A stretch of 64,000 bases of DNA, taken from positions 1,302,001 through 1,366,000 of the forward strand of contig JBHGNT010000015.1 in assembly GCA_043228905.1 (NCBI GenBank), given 5' to 3'. The notes under the pieces are model-generated. The model made no database searches. It worked only from the letters and a program-made list of their open reading frames with translations, and was not told the origin of the DNA. The stretch's first letter is position 1, and each line of letters opens with the position of its first letter. This stretch comes from Azolla caroliniana (Eukaryota; Plantae; Polypodiophyta). Below, one piece after another: positions 33,089 through 43,566 of the stretch. A program made the position numbers and the translations under genes.

Positions 33089-36000
33089 TCATTCTCTACC
33101 CGTCGGTTCTTCCTCGGTTTCGGATCGTTCGTCGTCGCGGTCCAGGTCAACCGGATCCGGCTCGTCGTCATGACGCTTCTTGAACGCTTTGATCTGCTTC
33201 CCAGCTACCGGTATCGCCATTCTCGTGCCGTCGAGTTTCGCCAGATGGTACGTCCCGTTGTCGTTGGCGCTTTGTACCACGTAAGGCCCGAACCACCTTC
33301 TTGCGAACTTCCGTGTCGCTCTGTGCTGGTTGTCGAGGCTGCTGTCATAGACTAGCACCCAGTCGCCTTCCTCAATCTTCTTCGGTCGGAGCTGGTGCGT
33401 TCGGTCGAACCGGGCTTTGTTCCTCGTCCTTGCCACCCGAAGCTTTCCCGCGGCCTGCTCCACGTCCTCCGGTCTTCGCTCGAGCTGTCGTATGCGCGCC
33501 GCCAACAGTTCCTCCCGGCTCATCTCGTCTCTCCAGTCCATGGTTGCCCATGAGGAGATCGTACGTTCCATCGGCATGATCGGCTTTTGCCCAAGCATGA
33601 GCTCTGCCGGCATGAATCCGGTTACCGAACTGTGCGTAGTTCGGTCCGCCCACAATGCGTAAGGCAGCAACCGCGGCCAGTTCCCGACTTGACCTCCGCA
33701 TGCTCGAACTAACGCCTTGACGATCGGTCCGTGTCCGCGCTCCACCTTCCCATTCGCCTCCGGATTATACACAGTGGTAAGCGAGAGCTTGACTCCTAGC
33801 CGGTCAAATAGCTCCTCGGCCTCTTCGGCGTCCAACTCCCCGCGATCAGCCACGATCTTCCCGACGCACCCGTACTGGCATATCACGTCCTCGATCAGGA
33901 ACCGACATACGGCTACGGTCATTTTGTTCTGAAGGGCTCGGCCTTCTACCTGGTTCGTCAGATCTTCCCGAGCCAGGACCAGGTACCGCATCTGTCCTAC
34001 TCCCATCGGCATCGTCACCAGATCTACCATCCATTTGAAGTGGATGGTCGGAGGGTACGTAGGGTGAAGCTCGTCCCGATGTCGGACTATGGAGTGCATC
34101 TGACAGCTCTCGCAAGTTGTCACGAACCGATGCACGTCCCGGTACAGTCCCGGCCACCAGTACTTCCCCTTTATCTTCTCGAACGTGGCCCACGTTCCAC
34201 GGTGTCCAGCCCAAGGGCTGTCGTGGTAGGCCGTCAACAACTCCTCCTGTTCTTCCTTCATCGCCACCACCCGGAGCGGGACGTCGTTCCTCTTCTTCGG
34301 GTGCTTCCATAAGTGTCCGTCCCGGAGGAAGAATCGGTATGCTTTCTTCCGGATCCGGTTGGCCTCGTCCCTCGTCCACGACGCATCCGACGTCATTGTC
34401 CTCAAGAAACCACCGATCTGGAGCCATTCGCCGTCGTACTTGCTCTCGTCGAAGCCGTTAAGTGCCGGAGTGCTTATCCCATCGGTCGTCACGTACGCTG
34501 CCTCGAAGAAGTCCACGCCAACTTCTTCGTCCTCCGAAACCATGCCGCCCTCGTCATCAAACCTTGCCCTCGAAAGCATGTCGGCCATGGCGTTGTCCTT
34601 TCCGGAAATGTGTCGTATCTCCGGGTCCAGGGACTTGATGTACGCTATCCACTTGAGCATCGCCAGGTCCGGTGTCGCGCATCCGGAAACCATGCCGAGA
34701 ATCGGCAGGCAATCCGTCTCGATAATCACTTCTGTCCCGATTAGGTAGTCTTTGTCGGCCTTTACCGCCGAAACGATACCCCAGAGTTCGCGTTTAACCT
34801 GGGCGTACCCTCGCTGTCGCTCACTGAGGACCTTAGCGCCGAATCGGATCGGGAACCGGGTGCCGTCCTCGTCTTCTTGGTTGACGACCCATCCGATCCC
34901 GGTCGGGCTCGTATCCACCGTTATGTATACCGGGGTACCCTTCTCGTAGACAGCCTTCCGGAGCGCTGGTGCTGTCGCAAGAGCTTCCTTCAGCTTCCGG
35001 ACCGTCTTCGTGTGCTCGTCTCGCCACTCGAATTTTCGCCCTTTCTTCAGCAACCCGTATAGTGGCTCCGCAACGTGGGCGTAATGCAGGATCCATATGT
35101 GGTAGAACGCGCATGCCCCCAGGAACCTCCGAACTTCCGTAACCGAGCTACAGTTGGTCTTCATCGCGGAGATGGCTTCTACCTTTGCCGGAGACGGCTT
35201 CCGGCCATACGGTCCACACAGGTGTCCGATCACCAGGATTTCTGATTGCCCGAAGGCCGATTTCTCCCCAGAGAAGGTGAGCCTCGCATCCTCTAGCCTT
35301 TGTAGCACCTTCTCGCAGTCGTCGATGTGTGTTGCCACGAATCGCCGGCATCCGTCCGGCCCGACTGTCTCGTCCTTCTCTTCCACTGGGCACCCTTTGA
35401 TAGGGATGTCGTCTAGAAACGGCATGGTGATGTCCGGGATGCAATCCCTCAGTACCTTGTTCATTGCATTCACCATGTGGGCCACCGAGTTGGTCCCTCC
35501 TTGCGGCAGGGTACACATTCGCACTAGGCCGAGGGGAGTCCGCATCGTCGTAATGTCTCTGCTCTCCACAGCTAGCTGGAACTGGTCGTACCCCGAGTAC
35601 AGATCACCGACCGAGTAAATCGACCTTCCGGCGAAGGCCTCCGCGAACTCGTCTATGGTCGGTCCGATCCCTGCGTTCCGAATGGTCACTCTGTTGACCG
35701 GCTGCAGGTCCTGAATGAAGCGCAATGTTCCGTTTTTCTTTGGTACGGTAAACCATCAGTTCGATTATGGCGCGCTAGACGGTTCGAGAATACCCATATC
35801 GACTTTCTGCCTCAGTAGCTCCATCAACTCCGGGATGTGAGCTCTTGGTACCGGAATCGGCTTGAGATTCCACGGCACATGCGGTACCGTGAATATCACC
35901 ATCGGCTCCACGATTGTCGGGTCTACGCACCCGATCTCTTCCGGCGAGAATGCGAAGGCTTTCCCGTGCCTTCCTAGCATTCTCCGAAACCGGTCTTCCT

Positions 36001-36448
36001 CCGCCGGCAGTAGGAACCCGCCCCCACCGATCTTGAGCTCCCGGAGCGTCCCGTCGGTGAAGGTGTGTCCCATGCAGGCCGGATCTTGTAAACTGGGGTC
36101 CGACGCAACCCCTCTGATTCGGGACTCGCTGCCCTCCGGTAAGGGTGTCGCGACTGGCCTTACCTTCCGGTCCACAGTCTTGTACTTCGTGCTAACTCGG
36201 GCAGTCCGATCCGACCCGAGCCCCTGACTGAAGTCCACGATGACTTCGTACATCTCTTCGGAACATACCGGTATCGTCCGGTCTTCGTTAAGGTCTTCTC
36301 CGGCAACCTTCCTCAGCATCCCCAAGGTGTCGTCGAAGGAGACCGCCTCCATGGCCCCGCTGATTTCCTCGTCCGGGCCGAGAACTCCGCACGTTCGAAG
36401 TCGCACTTCCGCCCTTGTCTTTTCTTGGCCAACGATGCCGACTATCAT
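33089..36448 (-). pseudogene. pol: pol of element D, with premature stops near 35755-35767
   Basis: ORFs 35765-36448 and 33089-35725 align to A pol; FLDD RT motif, RNase H and integrase present. Confidence 0.93.
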
Positions 36449-36582
36449 ACACCCTCTGTTGTCGGAGAAGCAAAATTTCCTACCTATCGTACAGGGTTCC
36501 TTCGGTTTCGGTTCTATCGTACAGTCGTGGGGTCTTTCCCGAGTGTCCGGACTGTCTCGGCCCCACGCCTTGGCAGCCCTCT

Positions 36583-38692
36583 CTAAAAATCCTCCCGGTT
36601 CTCGCCACCAAGGGATTCGCGGTTTCGCTCGTGGTTCGGTCGCACCGTTAGAAATTGGACCGATTGGCGCCCGTCCTGGCTTTTGACCCTCGCGTAGGCC
36701 GAACCGTTGTCCAACACCTTGGTCTCCATTCTCGCCGCCGTGATGTATGGTTCCCCTAATATGACCGGATGCGAGGACGTCTCCTGTACGAAGAAGTGTT
36801 GGTCAATCTCGACGTCGCCGATCTTTACTCGCACATTCGGGCAGGCCCCGTGCAGTTCCTCGGTGGCGCGCGTCGCCGCCCGTATCTTCCACCCGTGCCT
36901 GGTGTTGATCGGCCACTTTCCCTTCTTATAGAAGTCCATGGACATTAGGTTTATTTCCGAACCGTGGTCCACCAACGCCACCACCGGTTCCTGAACATCT
37001 CCGATCTTTACCGGGGTCTCCGTGGTCGCTCGGGCCTAGTGTGGCCTCGAATAGTGGCTCTCCGCCCACTCATCTGCCAGCGCCGAGTCGTCGATGTGCG
37101 TCGTCCGCACCTCCACCGGTCTTTCTGGTTCCGTCTCCGTTGACAGCCTCTTCCGTTTCACCAAGTCTACAATGGAGTCGTGGAACTCCTTCTTGGCAAT
37201 CCCTAGTACCTCCCGCAATGACAGCTCCACTTTGCTGTCGAGGATCCATTCTTCTAGGACCTATCGTAGGTCCGTAGTCCTTTCTATTTCCGTCCCCAGT
37301 CGGTATCCGCCCTTCCTGGGGTTATCTTGCGAGCCGGACCCACCGGCATCGTTCCGTCGTTGCCCGAATCGGGACTCGTACCGTTGTGAGGGCCCGGTCG
37401 CTCCGGCTTTCCCCACTCGCTTGTCTTCTACCAGAGCCTCGTAGTTCCGGCAGGCGGCTTCTACGAAGCCCGTCTTCTCCTCGACCGGATCGCTCCACCC
37501 TTCTCTCAGCGCGGTCCGTTTCGTCTTCCCTTAGCCGTGCGCCGGCAAGACCTTCCAGCATTGCCGACCAGAATCCGTCTTTGCCCTCCTTTCGGGCCTC
37601 GCTGCCCCCGACCCGAATGTCGGCCGACGCCGAGTAGTGGATGGCCTCCACGTGTCGGGCTACTGCCTCTTCCATCAGTTTCTTCATACCTCCTCGTCCG
37701 TCGTTTCGGTTTAGGGCCCTTCTGGTTTCGCCGGCGTGCACCCGGCCTTCCCACAGGTACACCACCCAGTTCCTCAACGCTTCTGCGAAATCGCCGCAGT
37801 CCTTCTGGATGTGGCCGACCTCGTCGCACCACATGCACCTGTTCCCCGCTGCCGGCCGTCGGTCACGAGCCGGTTCGCCGCCTTCCCTTCGAGTCTGGGC
37901 GATCTAGAGATCCTTTATCGCCCGTGTCAACTCCTCCAGCGCTGCTCCTCCGGACGAGCCACTGACCATGCCGGTCGCAGCCGGACCGGTTTCGAGCCAT
38001 TCCCGGGTTTCTTCCCTTCGCCCTTGCGGTGCCGGTTCAAGCCTCCTTGCTGTGACAGACCCCGCACCGGCTGCCCCGTTATCAGCCCATTCTCGCCGTT
38101 TGTCGAAACGGCCACAGACCCTCTTAACCGCAGCCCAGTCAGTTGTTAGTCCGTCTTCGGTTTCCAGCAAGGAGTCGACTTGATCCCGGTCCCGCTCGTC
38201 CACCGACTTGACGAACAGTAGGACCCTGCTCGTATCCAGAACAGTTTGGTCAAGTGCCGAAAGGCGCGCAAAGCGTTCTTCGAACTCCCAGAGGAGTGCC
38301 GACGCGTTTCTTCCCTTGCCGGGGGACTCCACCCATTCCATGAAGTCTCGTTTCGAAAGCCGGAGCGCGTCGTCCAGCCCGTATTTTTCCAGGAGTCGGC
38401 TTTCGAACTCCTCCCAGGTACGGCTCTCCGCCCGCACCTCGAGCACCTCCGCATGGATGCTCGGCATCGCCACTTGAGGAAACCCGGCAAGACGCCTCTC
38501 TTCCGGAATGTCCCACATCAGCATTTCTGCCCCGTAGGCTGCCAAATACTTCGTGGCATCCTTTCCGCTGAACCGGCCGATTGTACCGACGACCGCCTCA
38601 ATGGCTCTGTCGAGGGCGCCGGAGCCCTCGCGTGCGCTCAATATTCGATCCACGGCCGAAGCCATGGCCTCTGCAAGATCCGACCCTTTCAT
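36583..38692 (-). pseudogene. gag: gag-protease of element D, with several stops and indels
   Basis: Fragments align to A gag; CMWCDEVGHIQKDC; ALVDHGSEINLM; ends ...REDF* at the same slippery site (36586-36592). Confidence 0.92.
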
Positions 38693-39620
38693 CTTCTGCT
38701 CTTCTGCCGCCTCCTTCAAGTCGGGTTCACCAAAGATGTCGAGGTATTCCTCGCGGATGCGTGGAATGAAGCTGGACCTCGGGGGTCCTGTACCGAAGAG
38801 CAAGAGAGAAAGGAGAAGAGACCCACTACGCGCGAGAGTAGATTCACAGGGACACGACCCTTCGACACAAAGACGCGAGTGGGACAGCGACACAGAGAGA
38901 CACGAATGTATGTATGTATTAACAAAGACAGACAACAAAATACGAGGTCGGTTACAACCGAACAGGCCGGCGAACAGATGCTGATACCTGTTCGTAAACG
39001 CACAGAAAGGAAGGAGTAGGTTGGAGGTGCTGCCGGAAGCACTCGGGCATTCCTCAGAGCAGCGCGAGCCTCCCGAAACCTGCACAGAAGGAAGCTATGG
39101 AGTTTGTGAACTAGAGAGAGAGAGAAGCCTTCGCACACAAACCGACAGCACTTCGTCCTCGACTCTCCGCGATCCCTTCGCCCCTCCTCGTCTCCCTCCT
39201 TTTATAGGCAAGGAAGGAGCCGTTTCCCCTTTACTTCCTACCTACCGAATCTGCCTGCCTAGGATCTCCTATGTACAACATAAGGCGCACGTGCATGAAG
39301 AGCCAGTCCCTACGCTCCGGTGCACCGACTCCGCTTGTGGACGGTTTTCTTCACGATAGCGTGCGTGGAGAAAGGCGGGACCACGGGGGTCTTGGACTAG
39401 GGAGTGACGGAGCGTAGGAAGCCGTGCTTCACCGTTTCCGGGGCATCCCAGAAGCACGCCGGAAGCAACCGAAGGGAGAGAGAGAGAGAGAGCTTAACAC
39501 CGACTCACTCACACACGCACACATGCTGACCCGCCTCACGCCCTTATGTACAGGAAACGCAGGAAAAGGGGAAACACCCGACACCAACATAGACGCGAAT
39601 ATACACAGACAGACACAACG

Positions 39621-39651
<31 letters not shown>

Positions 39652-41145
39652 AAGAATACATTCCCAGCGTCGAGCCGGACCAAGGTAGGTTACAGTAGTC
39701 GTCAGCTGCCAAGCCGCCGGTCGGGGAGCTCACGGGTTCGTCGCGCCGAGCGGGGTCTTGCACAGGAGATGAGCTGAAGCAAACCCTAAACGAACACGAA
39801 GGGGGGAGAAGAAGAAGAAGAAGAAGAAACTAACTCTAAACCTAACGGTATACCCTCTAATGCAAAATGGGCAACCCCTTCACAAAGGGCGTTCCCTTCA
39901 TTTTATAGAACAAGGAGAGGGATGCGTTACAATGTGGGATAAATCATGACTTACATGGGATCGTCTGTCCCGACTTGACTACTCTTCGGCGCCGTAAAGG
40001 CGCCCTCGATATTCACACTAAATGTACATGGGTGCATACACACGCTACACCCCGCCGAGGTAGCCAATGTTTCCCGATTTCTGCCTCTGGCCGAAATTCT
40101 TCACGACATCCGCCCCCACCTAACTGCACGTCCACCGGTACGTGCCAAATCTGGTTGAAAGGTGAGAGATTTCGGCCGGTGAGAAACCGGTCTCCCGTGA
40201 TCCGCATCTCGGCTCGCTGCCGGTTTGATCCGTCGGCTTCGAGTCTTCCTTCGCGCTCGCCTCCCCGTAGGCTCATTCGACCCGTCGATGGGTCCTCTGC
40301 CGCGATCTCCGTAGTACGCGTACTTCCGTTGGCCCATGTTGTTTCACATTGCCTTCGTCCTTTCACCGCCACCTTCCTTCTCCACGGTCTTACATCGTCG
40401 CGTCGGCTCGAACCGCCATGGTCTCCGGAACGGTGTGGGGGAAACCCTTTCCGGCCTTCTCCGCGCTTGCCTTCTCGCTCCGGCACCTCCGTGTGCCACA
40501 TACCCTCGTCCGTTGTTTGGCACCGCCTGTGCCGTACTCCGGTTCATTGCACGCCTTGTCGGTCCCCTTTTTCGGCCAGATCGTGCATCGCCACTCACCC
40601 GCATACCGGTGTCCTTTGCATCCGAGGAACACCCCGTAGTAGCCTGCTTGGCCCTTCCCGTCTTCGTGCTGCTGCAACAGGTCATGGGTCTTCCGCTTGC
40701 CGTCATCCCCTCGCCCCCACCAGCTTGTCACCCCGGCCTGTCGTGTCAGTCTTCGCTACTTCGACGGAGCTACCGAGATCTACGAAGCGAGTGTGGAGGA
40801 TCCTCCTCCAGCCTCTCTTGCCATCCCCTGATTCCGACCCTGTGCAGTCCACTAAGCACTTGTCACCTCGTTCCCGGCACCTCTCTTGTGCCGTCTTTCG
40901 CTCCCATTGTTCGGCCCTGCCCGCGTCGAACACCGTCCCGTAGTCACGCTTTGATCCGGCCCGCGATGGCCACTTGCGAGACTCTTGTTCTGTCCAAGGT
41001 GTGCCTTTCCGGCCTGACGCACCTCCCCGTGTTCGCCCCTACCAGCTCCTTCCGAAACCGTGACCGGCCGGTGAGGGTTTCCCACTTCGCCCGCCCGTCT
41101 TACCGGCTCCCTATCCGCTACCTCGTGTTGTCGGGTCCCGTTCCC

Positions 41146-41775
41146 TGCCGCCACCGTCCTTCTCCCTAGGTCTCACGTTGCCACGTTGGCCGAACTGCCG
41201 GGGTCTCCGGATCGGTGTGAGGGTCCTATAGGACCGGACTCCGTTTCTTTTGTTTGAGTCCCTCCCGGACTCTCCTCGTGTCTTCCGCGTAGTCGGGTCT
41301 CGTTTCCCGCCGCCACCAACCTTCTCTCTCGGCCTCATGTTGCCACGTTGGCCGAACTGCCGGAGTCTCTGGTTAAGTGTGGGGATCCCGTAGGACCGGA
41401 CTTCCTTACGCCCATAGCCTTCGTCACCTCGCCGCCAACGTCAGTATCTTGGTCTTACGTCGACCGCGTTGCCGACTGCCGAAGTCTCTAGAACCGGTGT
41501 GAAGGATCCTCCGTAGACCGTCGTTTTGTCTTCCCTTGCCTTCGTCACCTCGCCGCCACCGTCAGTATCTTGGTCTTACGTTGACTGCGTTGCCGACTGC
41601 CGAAGTCTCTAGAACCGGTGTGAAGGATCCTCCGTAGGCCGCCGTCCGTAGCCCTTGCCTTCGTCACCTCGCCGCCACCGTCAGTATCTTGGTCTTACGT
41701 TGACCGTGTTGCCGACTGCCGAAGTCCCTAGAACCGGTGTGAAGGATCCTCCGTAGGCCTCCGATTTGTCTTCCC
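41146..41775. repeat. Tandem repeat array inside element E (three ~120-bp units plus two diverged units)
   Basis: GCCTTCGTCACCTCGCCGCC...GAAGGATCCTCCGTAG at 41417, 41538 and 41657; related units at about 41146 and 41306. Confidence 0.9.
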
Positions 41776-43020
41776 GACCCTGTCCCAGGACGTCCTTTTC
41801 CGCATGCCGAGAGGGCGGTTTACTCCGCACCCTCTCCCGTGGTACCGACGTACCGTATCCTCGGCCTCTTTGTAGGCCTGCTCTCTTCCTCCCTCCCAGA
41901 ATGGTCATCCGGGAGTCCGCTCCGCCCGGTTCTCGTCCGGTCCTTTCGTCCTTCTCTGGATTGCCGAGCCCCGTTCTCCTGGTGCCACCGCTCTCTCGTA
42001 TAGGACTTATGTCGGCACTCGGGCCTGCAGCCGAATCAGTGTAAGGAATCCCATAGGACCGGCTTTCATTCTCTTTCCAAATCCCAACCTTCGCCCTGTC
42101 GGTCTTTCTCCCCATGTAAAAGAGGGCGGCTCGTCCTACACCCTCTTCCGTATCGATACTTTCATGCCAAATCCGGTCCCGATCGAACAATCCACGACCG
42201 GATCACGCTCCACCCGTATCGGAATGCCGATCTCCTCGTGTCGCTTCCGTCCTCTGCCTCCTCGCAGGCCGTTTCCCATCCGACTTCGCTGGCATCGTGC
42301 CAGGACTCCTCGGTACCGCCATCCATCTCCTCGGTCTTACATGGGCATACGGGCCCGAATGCCGAGTTCTCCGGAATCGAGTCCATGGGCTTTCGTCCGC
42401 TCCTTCCCCGTATCGTCTCGCCGGTGATTCTTGGCCTTTCTCCGCCGCCTCCCTCCGCTTGGGACTCACGTGGGCACGCGGGCCTGACTGCCAACGTCTC
42501 GGGAACAAGTGTGGGAAGACACAAAGAATCGTCCGTCCGTTTTACGCCCTTGTCCGTAGCCACCGACTCTTTGTGGTCGGCGGTCGTCTTTTTACCGATT
42601 GCGCAAGCCCCGTCTGGGCTTGCTTCTCCAATGACCGGGATCTCAAGCTGATACGCCCGAAGTCATTGGTCCCAACGTTCCGGTTCCGCGATTTGTATCT
42701 CGCCCTGTTTTGTTCCGCACCCTCTCCAGTGGTACCGTCGTACCGTTCTTCCACCGTCGCGTGGGGCAAGTCCGTCTCCTCGGTCTCAGCTTCCGGCCTC
42801 GATCTTCCCTCTTCCTCGAGCATCGCCTTGAGAGCTGCGTACGCCTCCGCAATCCTGGCCCCAACGCCGCGACCCTTGCCGACTCTCTTTGCCGTTCGGC
42901 TTCTTCCCGCTGTGATGGCACGCCGTCGCGTCCCTTCCTCTTAGCCTTCCCGGCTCGCTCATCATCTAGCCTTTGGCAAACCCTTCCGACCTTTGACCAG
43001 TCCTCCGTAAGCCCATTCGC

Positions 43021-43566
43021 TCAATCATCGTCTTCGAGCTCAATCCCGATGGCCTCCCGTTCCGCTCGGTCGATCGACCGGACGAACAATAGGACCTTGT
43101 CCGCCCCCACCAAACCTTGTTCCCGCTCTGGGAGCCAAGCAAGCCGTCGCTCGAACTCCCGGAACACCTTGGCCGCGCCCCGGTGGGTCTTTGCCGATGT
43201 TACCCACTGGTCAAAGTCGTGTCGTCCCCGGCTCTTCTGCCGTCCTCCGTATGCCTTCAGGAGCGCCTCTTCGAAGGCCTCCCACGAACTATGAGCCTCA
43301 CGGAGCTCCTTTATTTCCGCATGCATCCGGACAGCCACGACCCGACAGAAGAACTCTAGCCTCAACACCTCGTCTACGCCACGCTCCTCCATTTCCGCAT
43401 TGTAGGCTTCCAAGTAAGATGGGACTTTGTCCCCGTTGAAACGGCCGACTCTTTCGACCACTCGCTCAACCACCTGTTGCGCTGCTTCTCGCCTCATCAC
43501 CACTCGTGCCGACTCCAACACCACTTCGGCCACCATCTCCGCAAGGTCGTCGTCTTCCGACTCCAT
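43021..43566 (-). pseudogene. gag: Divergent Gag capsid ORF of element E; homology continues past the in-frame TGA
   Basis: GRFNGDKVPSYLEAY..., SWEAFEEALL, KVLLFVRSIDRAEREAIGIELE*..GLTEDW match A gag GRFDGKDATKYLASY, TWEEFEGRLL, RVLLFVKSVDERDREQVGLLLE..GLTTDW. Confidence 0.88.

Larger units (their letters stand above)
32410..39358 (-). mobile_element. Ty3/Gypsy element D, decayed relative of A, nested in the 3' LTR of E
   Basis: LTRs 32410-33015 and 38737-39358; PBS-Trp at 38715-38732; 4-bp TSD GCGT at 32406-32409 and 39359-39362; proteins collinear with A. Confidence 0.96.

Noticed and set aside
37904-39085. 393-aa ORF running from inside the D LTR into gag (possible N-terminal or membrane extension)
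   Set aside because: Non-ATG start, low-complexity LTR-derived sequence and no equivalent open frame in intact element A
39781-39790. Telomeric repeat
   Set aside because: Single AAACCCTAAA unit inside an LTR, not an array
40340-40760. Possible degenerate RNase H in element E (QHEDGKGQAGYYG...)
   Set aside because: No catalytic motif alignable by eye; an HMM search would be needed before claiming it
41146-41775. Possible CRISPR-like array
   Set aside because: Whole ~120-bp units are repeated with no unique spacers; eukaryotic TE context and no cas genes
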